Assembly: GCA_963727505.1 (NCBI GenBank)
Contig: CAVSGP010000004.1
Span: 1,014,598 to 1,078,597 of the forward strand
Reading direction: 5' to 3'
Source of the DNA: an uncultured Trueperaceae bacterium
GTDB lineage: Bacteria; Deinococcota; Deinococci; Deinococcales; Trueperaceae
DNA: 64,000 bases
The notes beneath the pieces were generated by a model. That model was given only the letters and a program-made list of their open reading frames with translations, did not search any database and had not been told where the DNA came from. Within the stretch, counting starts at the first letter, position 1; every line of letters starts with the position of its first letter. Made by a program: the position numbers and the translations under genes. Of the stretch, positions 51,913 to 64,000 are shown one piece after another.

Positions 51913-52485
51913 ATGACGCCCCGCCACGGGAGGGTGACGCTGCGGCCCCTGACGGACCTGGACAACGTCGCCTGGCGCCGGATCCAGAACCATTTCCGCG
52001 ATCCCGAGATCGCGCATCTCAACGGCACGCCGCCCAACCGCATGCCCCTATGGCTCCTCAAGCGCGTGCTCAAGACCGACGCCCGCCGTCCCGACCGGGC
52101 CACCTTCGGCATCTTCGACGAGAACGACACCTACATCGGCACCATCGAGCTCTACGACGTGCGCGGATCGAGCGCGACGCTGGGCATCATCATCGGGGAG
52201 CGCAGCCACTGGGGTCACGGCTACGGCCCGGAGGCGATCCACGCGCTGCTCGCCCACGCCTTCCACGAGCTGGGGCTCGAGCACGTGCGACTCAACACGT
52301 TCGGCGACAACGTCCGCGCTCAGACAGCCTTCAAGAAGGTGGGCTTCCGCGAGGTGAGCCGCAGCAAGATCGCCGGAGGGCGCATCGACGTCCACATGGA
52401 GCTCTACCGCGGCGCTTACCTGGAGGCGCACGGTGGGCGCTCGCCGGCGTCGACGGAGGGGCGGGCGCGGCAGCGCCTGGCCTGA
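51913..52485 (+). CDS. GNAT acetyltransferase (RimJ/RimL-like)
   Basis: LGIIIGE..WGHGYG and N.RA..FKKVGF; TAGACT 6 nt before ATG. Confidence 0.9.
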   Translation: MTPRHGRVTLRPLTDLDNVAWRRIQNHFRDPEIAHLNGTPPNRMPLWLLKRVLKTDARRPDRATFGIFDENDTYIGTIELYDVRGSSATLGIIIGERSHWGHGYGPEAIHALLAHAFHELGLEHVRLNTFGDNVRAQTAFKKVGFREVSRSKIAGGRIDVHMELYRGAYLEAHGGRSPASTEGRARQRLA

Positions 52486-52511
52486 GCCCGCCCTGGCCCC
52501 CGGGGTGCGCG

Positions 52512-54317
<1,806 letters not shown>

Positions 54318-54624
54318 TCCACCAGTGTACCTTCGGTCTTCCTCCGCGCCCGTTGCCCTCCCCGCCGCCATCCGCGCTCCCATAGGGGCCCGGGACCCGC
54401 CACCGGCACGGGACGTTCGCCACTTGGCCACCCCCTCCCCCGGGGCGGTAGCCTCGCAGTGTACGGAAGGTGCGAGAACCCATGGTCGAGTCGAGGCGCG
54501 TACGTCACGAGGACGCCCCCCAACCCCAACGACACCACCGGGGGCGGGTCGCGGCGGCACGCGTGTCGCGCGAGTGTCCGCATGGACGGTCGGCGGGACG
54601 CTCGCAAGAAGGAGGTCGGTCCAA

Positions 54625-57402
54625 GTGGCGAAGAAGTGGGTCTACCAGTTCAATGAGGTAAGCGAGGCCGAGACCCAGACGGGGAGCTGGGACGAGGTCC
54701 GCGCGCTCCTGGGCGGTAAGGGCGCCAACCTCGGCGACATGACGCGGCTGGGCGTTCCGGTGCCGCCGGGATTCACGGTGACCACCCAGGCGTGCAACGC
54801 CTACCTGCAAGCGGGCGAGAGCTTCCCCGAGGGTATGTGGGAGCAGGAGATGGAGGCCCTCCGGCAGGTGGAGAAGGACACCGGCAAGAGCTTCGGCGAC
54901 CCCGCCAATCCGCTGCTGGTGTCGTGCCGTTCAGGCGCCAAGTTCTCCATGCCCGGGATGATGGACACCATCCTCAACCTCGGGCTCAACGACGAGGTGG
55001 CGGAGGGGCTCATCGGCCTTACGACCGACGCGCGCTTCGTCTACGACTCCTACCGGCGCCTCGTCCAGATGTTCGGCGGCGTGGTGCTCGGCGTGCCCGA
55101 CGAGGTGTTCGAGGCGGTCATCACCGCGCGCCGCAAGCGTGCCGGCGTAGAGCTCGACGCGCAGCTGTCGGCCGACGACTGGCGTGAGGTCACCCGCAAG
55201 TTCAAGGAGCTCGTCAAGACCTATGCGGGCCAGGAGTTCCCCGAGGATCCTACCGACCAGCTCCGCCTGGCCACCGAGGCCGTCTTCAAGTCCTGGAACG
55301 GCAAGCGCGCCATCGACTATCGCAACGCCAGCGGCATCCGCCACGATCTCGGCACGGCCGTCAACATCGTGACGATGGTGTTCGGCAACATGGGCGACGA
55401 CTGCGCCACGGGCGTGGCCATGACGCGCAACGCCACCACCGGCGAGCCGGAGATCGAGGGCGACTACCTCGTCAACGCCCAGGGTGAGGACGTGGTGGCC
55501 GGCACCCGCGCCACGCAGCCGGTGCAGGACCTGCAGATCAACATGCCCGAGGTGTACGCCGAGTTCAAGGGCATCGCCCAGCGCCTGGAGCGCCACTACC
55601 GCAACATGCAGGACATGGAGTTCACCATCGAGCACGGCAAGCTCTGGCTGCTTCAGACCCGCGACGGCAAGCGCACCGCGCAGGCCGAGGTCCGCATCGC
55701 CGTCGACATGGTCGAGGAGGGGTTGATCACCAAGGAGGAGGCCGTGCAGCGGGTGAAGCCCGAGCAGGTGGACTTCTTCCTGCATCCGCAGCTCGAGCCC
55801 GAGGCCCGCAAGGCGTCGAAGAAGATCGCCAGCGGCCTCAACGTCAGCCCCGGCGCCGCCGTCGGCCAGGTGGCCTTCGACGCCGACACCGCCGAGCGCT
55901 GGGTGCGCGAGGAGGGCCGCGACGTCATCATGGTGCGGCCCGAGACCAAGCCCGACGACGTGCACGGCATGCTGGCGGCCAAGGGCATCGTGACCAGCCG
56001 CGGTGGCCGTACCAGCCACGCCGCACTGGTGGCGCGGCAGTTCGGGAAGCCCGCCGTGGTGGGCATCAGCGACCTCGAGATCAACCTCGACTCGCGCGAG
56101 ATGACGATCCGCGACCTCACCGTCAAGGAGGGGGAGTTCATCTCCATCGACGGGACCGTGGGCGAGGTGTACGTCGGCAAGGTGGCCACCGTCATCCCCG
56201 ACATCAGCAACGCCTCCCTCAGCAAGATCCTCGAGTGGGCCGACGAGATCCGCGTGCTGGGCGTGCGCGCCAACGCCGATTACCCGGCCGACGCCGAACG
56301 CGCTCGCAGCTATGGCGCCGAGGGACTGGGCCTGGTGCGCACCGAGCACATGTTCTTCGAGCCCGAACGGCTGCCCACCGTGCAGAAGATGATCATGGCG
56401 CGCAACAGTACCGAACGCGCCGAGGCACTGGAGGCGCTGCTGCCCATGCAGCGCAAGGACTTCGAGGGCCTGTTTCGCGCCATGAGCGGGCTTCCCGTCA
56501 TCATCCGCTTGATCGACCCGCCCCTCCATGAGTTCCTGCCGTCGCACGACGAGCTCATCCGCGATCTCGCCGATCTCAAGGTCCAGCTGCAGCACTTCCA
56601 CACCTTGAGCGAGGTCGACGCCGCCCTGGCCGTCATCCGCGAGAAGTCCGATCACCTGGTGCGGGTCTCCGAGCTGCGCGAGGTCAACCCCATGCTCGGC
56701 ACGCGCGGCGTGCGGCTGGGCATCCTCATCCCCGAGCTCACCCGCATGCAGGTCCGCGCCATCTTCGAAGCCGCCTGCAACGTCAAGCGCGAGGGCGTGG
56801 ACGTCCACCCCGAGATCATGATCCCGCTGGTGGCCCACGTGAACGAGCTGGAGCTGCAACGACGTGCGCTGGAAGAGGAAGCCAAGGCCGTGATGGAGGA
56901 ATACAACACCCAGGTGCCCTACCTCTTCGGCACCATGATCGAGGTGCCGCGCGCGGCCCTCACCGCCAGCGAGCTGGCGGAGTCGGCCGAGTTCTTCAGC
57001 TACGGCACAAACGACCTGACGCAGACGACCTTCGGCGTGTCGCGCGACGACGCCGAGAAGGGCTTCCTGATGTACTACCTCGAGAACGGCATCCTCGAGG
57101 ACAACCCGTTCACGACGATCGACCCGAAGGGCGTGGGGCGCCTCATCGAGATGGGCACCAAGCTGGGTCGCGCCACGCGGCCCGACCTGGAGGTCGGCAT
57201 CTGCGGGGAGCACGGCGGCGACCCCGCCTCGATCCATCTCTGCCACGAGCTCGGTCTGGACTACGTGAGCTGCTCGCCCTTCCGCGTGCCGATCGCACGG
57301 CTGGCGGCGGCCCACGCCGCGCTGAAGTATGGCCGCCGCGGTCAGAAGGCCGCCGGCAGCGCACCCGAGGACGCACCCACGAAGGAGCCGGTGCCGGCCT
57401 GA
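54625..57402 (+). CDS. ppdK: Pyruvate, phosphate dikinase
   Basis: LGGKGANL, SMPGMMDT, phospho-His TSHAA, GTNDL and GICGEHGG. Confidence 0.98.
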   Translation: MAKKWVYQFNEVSEAETQTGSWDEVRALLGGKGANLGDMTRLGVPVPPGFTVTTQACNAYLQAGESFPEGMWEQEMEALRQVEKDTGKSFGDPANPLLVSCRSGAKFSMPGMMDTILNLGLNDEVAEGLIGLTTDARFVYDSYRRLVQMFGGVVLGVPDEVFEAVITARRKRAGVELDAQLSADDWREVTRKFKELVKTYAGQEFPEDPTDQLRLATEAVFKSWNGKRAIDYRNASGIRHDLGTAVNIVTMVFGNMGDDCATGVAMTRNATTGEPEIEGDYLVNAQGEDVVAGTRATQPVQDLQINMPEVYAEFKGIAQRLERHYRNMQDMEFTIEHGKLWLLQTRDGKRTAQAEVRIAVDMVEEGLITKEEAVQRVKPEQVDFFLHPQLEPEARKASKKIASGLNVSPGAAVGQVAFDADTAERWVREEGRDVIMVRPETKPDDVHGMLAAKGIVTSRGGRTSHAALVARQFGKPAVVGISDLEINLDSREMTIRDLTVKEGEFISIDGTVGEVYVGKVATVIPDISNASLSKILEWADEIRVLGVRANADYPADAERARSYGAEGLGLVRTEHMFFEPERLPTVQKMIMARNSTERAEALEALLPMQRKDFEGLFRAMSGLPVIIRLIDPPLHEFLPSHDELIRDLADLKVQLQHFHTLSEVDAALAVIREKSDHLVRVSELREVNPMLGTRGVRLGILIPELTRMQVRAIFEAACNVKREGVDVHPEIMIPLVAHVNELELQRRALEEEAKAVMEEYNTQVPYLFGTMIEVPRAALTASELAESAEFFSYGTNDLTQTTFGVSRDDAEKGFLMYYLENGILEDNPFTTIDPKGVGRLIEMGTKLGRATRPDLEVGICGEHGGDPASIHLCHELGLDYVSCSPFRVPIARLAAAHAALKYGRRGQKAAGSAPEDAPTKEPVPA

Positions 57403-57426
57403 GCTAGGGACCGACCGTCCACGGTG

Positions 57427-57465
57427 GGAGGGCGTCGCCCCGCGCGGGTGGCGCCCTCCACGTTT
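57427..57465 (+). terminator. Putative terminator hairpin after ppdK
   Basis: GGAGGGCGTCGCCC-cgcgc-GGGTGGCGCCCTCC followed by a short T-run. Confidence 0.55.
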
Positions 57466-57665
57466 GTCGCGCGTGAACGGCACGTGGCGCGCCGAGCATC
57501 GGTATGTTACCGTCCGAAACCATGCCGGCAATGCGGTAGCGTGCGCCTCGTCGCGAGTGCGCCGGGAAAGGCGGATCAGGGTGCATCTTCTTGGATCGGC
57601 GCGGTGGAAGAGCCGCGTCAAACGTCGTCGTTTGTTCCTGCCATGCCGAAGGTCGACGGCGCGCC

Positions 57666-59354
57666 ATGTGGCGCGCGCATAGCCACGCGATCGCGCTGGT
57701 GCTGGCCCTTTGCGGCACCGCCGCGGCTCAGACGGTCGCGTCGCTGACGACCGATCCCCATGACCCGCTCGCCGTGATCCTCACCGTGACGGCGTTGCCG
57801 TCCGACGCGGGCAAGGTGTTCGTCAACTGGGGCGACGGTCAGAGCCTGAGCGTGGCCTCGCCGCAGCGTGCCACGCACCGCTACACCCAGGCGGGCAGCT
57901 ACACGGTCCGCCTGGTCGACGGCACGCACGCGGCGCTACTCTACGCAGCGACCGCGCACGTGCAGGCGCCCCCGCCGCCGCCCGGCCAGGCCACCGGGCC
58001 TCGCATCCGCAACCTCAAGGGGTACGTCTCCACCGACTACTTCGCCTCGTCGACGCAAGGCGGGGCGGTGAGCTACGGCTCCGGCCAGGGGGTCCTGCGA
58101 GGGCTGAGCGTCAGCGCCTCGCTGTCGCTGGACGTGCCCGACCGCCACGTGACCCTCACGGCCGGCAACGTGAACCTCCAGCACCAGAGCGTGCGCTTGC
58201 AGCTCAGCAACCGCACGGCCGCCCTGTCGCTGGCCCTCGACGACGTTCCCGCCGACGGCACCGTGGGCGCCCGCACGACGCTCCTCGGCGCCCTGTCGGT
58301 GACCGATCCGGGACTGCCGAAGTTCCTCGTCACCGGCGTCGCCGCCAGCGAGGCGGGAAGCACCGGCTACCACATGAGCAGCGTGCAGCTCGGGCTGAGC
58401 GACAGCTACAAGGCGGTCGCGCCGGGCATTACGCAGCTCCACTGGCGCACCACGCTCCAGACCACCGGCTCGGCCGTGGCGTCCAACCTCGCCAACGGCC
58501 AGACCACACAGACTCTCAGCGCCGGGGTCGGGGCGACCTTCGCACCCTGGGGCCCCAACGCCCTGCGCCTCACGCCCCGGCTCGACGACCAGGTGCAGTG
58601 GACGCAGACCACGGGTGCGGCACAGACGTCGAGCCATCGCCACCGCCTGAGTCTCGACGTGCGGCCGGACAAGCAGGACGACGCCTCGCTGAGCTTGAGC
58701 CTGACCACGGCGACGGCGGCGGCACCCACCAACCAGCAGACGCTCCGCCTGTCGACCGAGCGCCTGGCGCCCGTGACGCTCCGCGGCACCGTCACCCGCT
58801 CCAACGACGGCAGCGCGGACAGCTACGCCTACAGCGCCGACGCCGACGTGCCCGTCGCCCACGGGCTCGACGTCACCGGCGGCTACCAGGGCGGCAGCGG
58901 GACGGACGGGACCTACAACGGCGCCACGGCCGGCCTCAAGATCATCGCCTCTCCCGGACCGTGGACCTTCGGCGCCACGGCCCGCGGAGGCTTCCAGCTC
59001 TACACCGACGGCAAGGTCACGCAATCGGCCAAAGGCAGCCTGTCCGCCCAGGTGGGCACGCCCGCCGCACACGGCAGCGCCCAGGGATCGTTGCAGTACG
59101 ACGGCACCAACCTCAACGCCAGCCTCGATCTGTCGGGAGGCTTCACGACCGGTGCCTTCACCTTCGACGGCAGCGCCGGCCTGCAGGCGAATCCGACACT
59201 GGCTGTCAAGACCGACCTCAAGGCCCGGCTACGCATGCTCGCGGCGCTTTCGCTGCAGACGCAGCTCGGCTATCGCACAGCCATCGCGGCCAACACCGGC
59301 TCGGTGGCCACGATCGGCCTCGGGCTTCGATACGACTTCGGAGGTAGCGACTGA
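57666..59354 (+). CDS. Secreted protein: PKD-like domain plus long beta-strand-rich (barrel-like) region
   Basis: Signal peptide; NWGDG..HRYTQAGSYTVRL; PPPPP linker; alternating strands ending GLGLRYDFGGSD. Confidence 0.8.
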   Translation: MWRAHSHAIALVLALCGTAAAQTVASLTTDPHDPLAVILTVTALPSDAGKVFVNWGDGQSLSVASPQRATHRYTQAGSYTVRLVDGTHAALLYAATAHVQAPPPPPGQATGPRIRNLKGYVSTDYFASSTQGGAVSYGSGQGVLRGLSVSASLSLDVPDRHVTLTAGNVNLQHQSVRLQLSNRTAALSLALDDVPADGTVGARTTLLGALSVTDPGLPKFLVTGVAASEAGSTGYHMSSVQLGLSDSYKAVAPGITQLHWRTTLQTTGSAVASNLANGQTTQTLSAGVGATFAPWGPNALRLTPRLDDQVQWTQTTGAAQTSSHRHRLSLDVRPDKQDDASLSLSLTTATAAAPTNQQTLRLSTERLAPVTLRGTVTRSNDGSADSYAYSADADVPVAHGLDVTGGYQGGSGTDGTYNGATAGLKIIASPGPWTFGATARGGFQLYTDGKVTQSAKGSLSAQVGTPAAHGSAQGSLQYDGTNLNASLDLSGGFTTGAFTFDGSAGLQANPTLAVKTDLKARLRMLAALSLQTQLGYRTAIAANTGSVATIGLGLRYDFGGSD

Positions 59355-62300
59355 TGCGGCTCCTCACCCACCGACCCGCCCCCACCTTCGCTCGCCTCGC
59401 CTGGCTCGCTGCGCTGCTCCTGCTGCCGTCGCTCGCCCACGCCCAGACCACGACACTCAGCCTGACCCCGAGCGCCACCTACGCCGGCCTCAACGTCAAG
59501 GCCACCACGGATTGGAACGGCTACTACGACGTCGCGCCTACGCTGGACTGGGGCGACGGCAACACCGTCCCGCTCAAGCAGTACGTGTATACGCAGACGA
59601 ACACCCACGCCTACGCCAGCGCTGGCACCTACACGATCAAGGTCGTGGAGGGCGGCGGCTTCAATACGTTGCTGGCGAGCCAAACGGTGACCGTCTACGC
59701 AGCGCCTACGGTGAAAGCCACCCCGTCGCTGGTGGCACCCGGGGGCACCGTGACGGCGGCCCTGAGCGGCGTCCACGGCACCGTCACCATCGACTGGGGC
59801 GACAACACCACCACCGCTAGCGCCGGCAACGGCAGCTTCCAGCACCTTTACACCTCGGTCGGCGGCTACCTCATCCGCCTCCAGGCCGGCGGCACCACCA
59901 TCCCCAACGCCAGCGCGTCGGTCGTGGTCAGCCAGGTGCCCCTGTCCATGCAGCTGTCGCCCAACCCGGTGAAGGTCGGCTCGCCCGTGACCGCGGACAT
60001 CCAGGGACTGACCGGGAACGGCAGCATCGATTGGGGGGACGGCACCACGGCCGCCGTCTCGGGCAGCGGCAGCTACCTGCACGCCTACCAGCGCCCCGGC
60101 AACTTCGTGGTGGCGCTGACGAGCAGCGGCTCCTCCGCCCCCTTGGCGCAACAGCTGGTGACCGTCCAGAGCGGCGGTACGCTGAACCTCACCCCCGCTC
60201 AGCCCACCGTGGGCGAGACCGTCACCGCCAAGGCCAGCGGCCTTGTGGCGGGCTACGCCTACCGACTCGAGTGGGGTGACGGCAAGGCCACCAGCGCGAC
60301 CGCGGACAGCCAGGGGACGCTCTCCGATACGCACGTCTACCAGGGGGTCCAGCTCGCCGCCACCGTCAAGCTGCTGCTCGCCCAGCAGGGCACCCCGACG
60401 ATCATCGCCGTGGCGCCGTTGAACGTGACCCTTCCGCCACCCACCGAGTCCCTCAGCGCCAAGCAGACGGGAGTCGACACGGCCCACGGCGGCATGAAGA
60501 TGACGGTCGACCTCAGCGGCCTGGTCCCGGGCGTGGACTACACGCTCCTCTTCACCGGGGACTACAACAGCAAGTCCTTCGTCGCGACCTCCGGCACCGC
60601 TACCGTGACCGCCGACGTGTTCACGGCGGGGACCTTCAAGCTGCAGCTGTCCGCCGACGGCGGCGCCAGCCCGCAGCCCCGGGCCAGCACCACCTACACC
60701 GCCGCCTGGCCGCAGGGGAACGAGACGCTCACGCGCACCGACGCCTCCGGCAACCCCGCCACGAGCCCCATCATCACTGGCGACGAACTGTACTTCCACG
60801 CCGCCGGGCTGATCGCCGGCGTGCAGTACCGGCTGGTGTTCGGGACCGACACTGCCAACGCCGTCGCGGTGACCCCGAAGAACGGCGCCGCGACGGTGTC
60901 GGAGTTCGCGCCCCGCACGCCGGGCCCTCTCACCGTCAGCCTGATGGCCTACTACCCCGGCACGCCGGGAAGCGCGTCCCGCGCCAGCGTCCACCTCACC
61001 GTGTACGCCGCCAGCGGCGCCATCGCCTTCCCCGAGAAGGAGACCGTGTTCGGCCAGCCGGCCGCGATCGATCTGTCCAAGCTCGTGTCGGGCGGCAGCT
61101 ACAAGCTCGCCTTCGGGGACCACACCTCCACCACCTTCACTGCGCCGGCGTCCGGCGCGCTGACGCTCCACCACGCCTACACCTTCAAGTACACGGTGGC
61201 GGCCCTGTACCTCGTCCACGGCGGCGCCACGCAGCAGGTCGCAACGCAGCAGCTGCCCGGAACAACGTTCGCCAACACCATCACGCCGTCGTTCCCCAGG
61301 TTCTTCCAGAACGGCCACCCCACCAACGACGTGACGCTCACCGTCGGCGGCCTGGCGAACGGCAACGGCATCTCCTACAGCCTCGACTTCGGCGACGGCA
61401 AGAGCGCGCCGCTCACCGTCGCCGTGGATGGCACCAGCACGGTGGACCACGTGTTCGCCCAGGGCTTCGGACGGCGCGTGTACCAGCTCAAGCTGATGCT
61501 GACCGTCGACGGGGGAAAGGCCCTCCGCGTCGACTCGTTCGACCTCAACGGCACCATGACGCCGCCTACCGTGCTCGCTTTCCAGAACGGTTTCGTGCTC
61601 CACGTCACCAAGCTCACCGCTCCCTTCACGTACCCGAACGGGTTGAAGGACTTCTCCGGCGAGGCGACCCTTCCGAGCTGGGTCGTCGGCGGGCGCGAGC
61701 AGGGCCCGGTGCCCTTCACCTTCCAGCACCTCAGCGCGGCCTTCAACTACACCAACGACGCCGTGACCAGCGGCCACGCCAACCTGGCGCCGTCCTCGCT
61801 CGACATCAAGATGCCGTTGCGGCTCGAGGGCCTGAAGATCACCGTCACCGGCTTCACGCTCGGCAGCTACGGCACCTACGCCGATCCCGGCCTCACCGGC
61901 CACGGCACGCTCCCCTCCGGAACCGGCTTCCAGCTCGACGGCCACGTGATCAACCACGGTTTCGGCCCCACCAACGGCCTCATCCTGGGCTTCGCCGTGA
62001 ACACCGACGGCGTGCCCATCGGGACCACCGGCTGGGCCTTCGGCGGCTTGATGAACAAGCAGCTCATGGGGGCCATCGACCTGTCGACCACCAACAACTA
62101 CAACCTCCAGTCGGGCATCGCACCCGGCCTGCTCGCCACCCAGGAGGCCTACTCGGGCTGGGCGAGCGTCGGGCGCACGCCCTCCATCGATCCAGCGAGC
62201 ATGGGCTGGACGGGGATCGTCTACTTCTACACGTGGTTGCATCTGATGTCCGGCAGCGTGCGCAACGTGACGACCAGCTACAGCATGACCGCGCCCGCCA

Positions 62301-64000
62301 AGGCGGAGGTCGCCTGGACCAGCGCCGGCTACCAGACCGTCTACGACAGCCCCTGGGGCAGCGCCAACCACGGGCCCTTCAAATGGGGCGGCTGGTCGTT
62401 CACCATCGTCCAGAAGGCCCACTTCGCCTTCGTGGACTCGGCCATCGTCCACAAGCAGCCCGCGGTGGCGACCGTACAGCTGCCGATGTTCGACGAGGAC
62501 GTTCCGGTGACGATCACGCCACTGAACCGCAACGACCGCTTCGGGCGCCCCGCGTATCGCATCGCCACCGCCGGACCGGTCGCCCACGACTTCGGGCATA
62601 GCGGCGTGCTGGCCGGCCAGGGGACGTTCGGGTTCGTGCCCGGTACGCAGGACGGGACGCTCGAGCTCACCTTCCCCAACGCCGTCTGGGCGCTCTCCTC
62701 GAAGTGGGCGTCCGACCCCACCAAGCTCGACACCACCGCGGCCGACAACGTCATGGGCTCGTTGCCGAGCGCTGCGGGGCTGGCGGACCAGGCCAAGACC
62801 GCCTATACCCACGCCAAGGACACCGCCGACACCATCATCAACCTGTACAAGCTCGAGCTGCTGCTCAACAATCTGACCTTCACGGCCGACGGCAACGCGT
62901 CGCTCGGCGGCGCCACCTGGCAGACCCTGCTCGACGTTCCGGCCCTGGAGATCGGGAAGTTCCCCTACCTGGGGGCGGGCGCCGAGATCGGCATCGAGCA
63001 CAAGGGAAGCGAGTACGGCATCGGCCTCAAGGGCAACCTGTCGATCGACGGTCGCGTCAAGGCCGACGTCGCTCCGTCCTGGTACTACGTCTCCTCCGGT
63101 CACGACCGCGGCTGGAAGTTCGAGGGCGTGACCCTCGGCTTCGACGGCGGAGAGGCCTCGCCCGTCAGCTTCGTGGTGACGGCGAGCGGCGCCGTCGACT
63201 TCCAGACGGACGACGTTCGCTTCAGCGGTGGCGGCAGCATGACCGTCGAGGACAAGTTCAACGTCGGGGTGGCCGGCACCTTCGGCCAGCACAGCGGCAC
63301 GCCCTACTGGTTCGTCTACGCCTCCACCGATCTCGCAAAGGCGGGCACGCCTATCATCGTGAGGGTCGAGGGGGCTCCGGTGCTGGCGTTCTACCAGTTC
63401 GAGGGCGGCGTGGGCAGCCACCTCAAGCTCACCACCCTGGGCCAGGGCGACCAGGCGTGTCGCGCCGACGACGGCTACCTGCCGGACGGCAAGCTGCCCA
63501 GCGTGCTGGCTCACGCCGGCGCCTGCGTCGACTCGACCGACCCCTTCAACTTCCTGGCGGGCACCGTCATCGGCTACATCGACCAGTCCACGGACAGCGC
63601 CACGTACGGCCTGCTGTGGCACCTCAAGGGCGACCTGGTGCTCAACGCCTCGAAGAACCTCACCATCGCCGGCCAGGGGTGGACCATGAAGACCCTGGCC
63701 CAAGGCGTCGACGCCGGCGCTCCACCGAACCTCGCCGGCAACTTCACCATCAACGCCGACGCCATCACCGCGACCCTCTGCGCCGGACCGGTCGCAACCG
63801 GGATACAGGGCTTCAGCTGCAGCGGGTTGAAGCCCCTCGAGATCGACGCCGCGGGCCTCAAGATGGTGAGCGTGTCCGGCCTGGCCGAGCTCGTCGCCTC
63901 CTGGAAGGAGAGCCAGTACTACCTGGCGATCGGGACCTACAGCAATCCCATCAGCATCTACGTCATCCCCTCTATCAAGGCCGGCTACCTGGTGGCCGGC
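59354..64000 (+). CDS. Giant secreted PKD/Ig-repeat protein (>1,549 aa, runs off window)
   Basis: Hand-translated in part; ATG overlaps the upstream TGA. Signal peptide ..LLLLPSLAHAQ, repeated DWGDG/DWGDN/EWGDG/DFGDG motifs, and the same frame still reads VIPSIKAGYLVAG at 63962-64000. No stop-terminated ORF in this frame appears in the track. Confidence 0.88.
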   Translation, partial: MRLLTHRPAPTFARLAWLAALLLLPSLAHAQTTTLSLTPSATYAGLNVKATTDWNGYYDVAPTLDWGDGNTVPLKQYVYTQTNTHAYASAGTYTIKVVEGGGFNTLLASQTVTVYAAPTVKATPSLVAPGGTVTAALSGVHGTVTIDWGDNTTTASAGNGSFQHLYTSVGGYLIRLQAGGTTIPNASASVVVSQVPLSMQLSPNPVKVGSPVTADIQGLTGNGSIDWGDGTTAAVSGSGSYLHAYQRPGNFVVALTSSGSSAPLAQQLVTVQSGGTLNLTPAQPTVGETVTAKASGLVAGYAYRLEWGDGKATSATADSQGTLSDTHVYQGVQLAATVKLLLAQQGTPTIIAVAPLNVTLPPPTESLSAKQTGVDTAHGGMKMTVDLSGLVPGVDYTLLFTGDYNSKSFVATSGTATVTADVFTAGTFKLQLSADGGASPQPRASTTYTAAWPQGNETLTRTDASGNPATSPIITGDELYFHAAGLIAGVQYRLVFGTDTANAVAVTPKNGAATVSEFAPRTPGPLTVSLMAYYPGTPGSASRASVHLTVYAASGAIAFPEKETVFGQPAAIDLSKLVSGGSYKLAFGDHTSTTFTAPASGALTLHHAYTFKYTVAALYLVHGGATQQVATQQLPGTTFANTITPSFPRFFQNGHPTNDVTLTVGGLANGNGISYSLDFGDGKSAPLTVAVDGTSTVDHVFAQGFGRRVYQLKLMLTVDGGKALRVDSFDLNGTMTPPTVLAFQNGFVLHVTKLTAPFTYPNGLKDFSGEATLPSWVVGGREQGPVPFTFQHLSAAFNYTNDAVTSGHANLAPSSLDIKMPLRLEGLKITVTGFTLGSYGTYADPGLTGHGTLPSGTGFQLDGHVINHGFGPTNGLILGFAVNTDGVPIGTTGWAFGGLMNKQLMGAIDLSTTNNYNLQSGIAPGLLATQEAYSGWASVGRTPSIDPASMGWTGIVYFYTWLHLMSGSVRNVTTSYSMTAPAKAEVAWTSAGYQTVYDSPWGSANHGPFKWGGWSFTIVQKAHFAFVDSAIVHKQPAVATVQLPMFDEDVPVTITPLNRNDRFGRPAYRIATAGPVAHDFGHSGVLAGQGTFGFVPGTQDGTLELTFPNAVWALSSKWASDPTKLDTTAADNVMGSLPSAAGLADQAKTAYTHAKDTADTIINLYKLELLLNNLTFTADGNASLGGATWQTLLDVPALEIGKFPYLGAGAEIGIEHKGSEYGIGLKGNLSIDGRVKADVAPSWYYVSSGHDRGWKFEGVTLGFDGGEASPVSFVVTASGAVDFQTDDVRFSGGGSMTVEDKFNVGVAGTFGQHSGTPYWFVYASTDLAKAGTPIIVRVEGAPVLAFYQFEGGVGSHLKLTTLGQGDQACRADDGYLPDGKLPSVLAHAGACVDSTDPFNFLAGTVIGYIDQSTDSATYGLLWHLKGDLVLNASKNLTIAGQGWTMKTLAQGVDAGAPPNLAGNFTINADAITATLCAGPVATGIQGFSCSGLKPLEIDAAGLKMVSVSGLAELVASWKESQYYLAIGTYSNPISIYVIPSIKAGYLVAG

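Noticed and set aside
54931..57621. 896 aa - strand ORF
   Set aside because: Antisense shadow of ppdK.
59270..63703. 1477 aa - strand ORF
   Set aside because: Antisense shadow; the + frame has a signal peptide, PKD motifs and GC-rich third positions.

Overview
This 64 kb window is very GC-rich, densely coding chromosomal DNA. It is probably from Deinococcota, possibly Trueperaceae-like; this is inferred from gene content and many apparently leaderless genes, not from a database search. I found no rRNA, tRNA, CRISPR array, transposase or phage genes. Core genes: alaS-HAD-ruvX-mltG, coaX, dcd, truB, ald, ruvA, malQ, uvrC, ppdK. Transport: a sugar ABC cassette, an MFS permease, a TRAP system split into convergent units, a PhnDCE-type ABC and a NatAB-type ABC. 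Signalling: a ~1,750 aa 7TM-PAS-GAF-GGDEF-EAL protein, an OmpR-type two-component pair and a Ser/Thr kinase. The best candidate for a new system is the left-end minus-strand operon (1-6864). It encodes a LacI regulator with a perfect operator palindrome, a binding protein closely resembling the sulfoquinovose-binding protein SmoF (comparison from memory), two permeases, a fucose/arabinose-isomerase-family enzyme and a YihV-like PfkB kinase that the ORF track misses. Together these suggest a hybrid sulfoglycolysis locus. The right end holds a translationally coupled pair of secreted PKD-domain proteins; the second is >1,549 aa and also missing from the track. Other oddities: two apparent pseudo-enzymes, a 12-bp tandem array that links DUF58 to the kinase in frame across one TGA, and a triplicated -10-like box.
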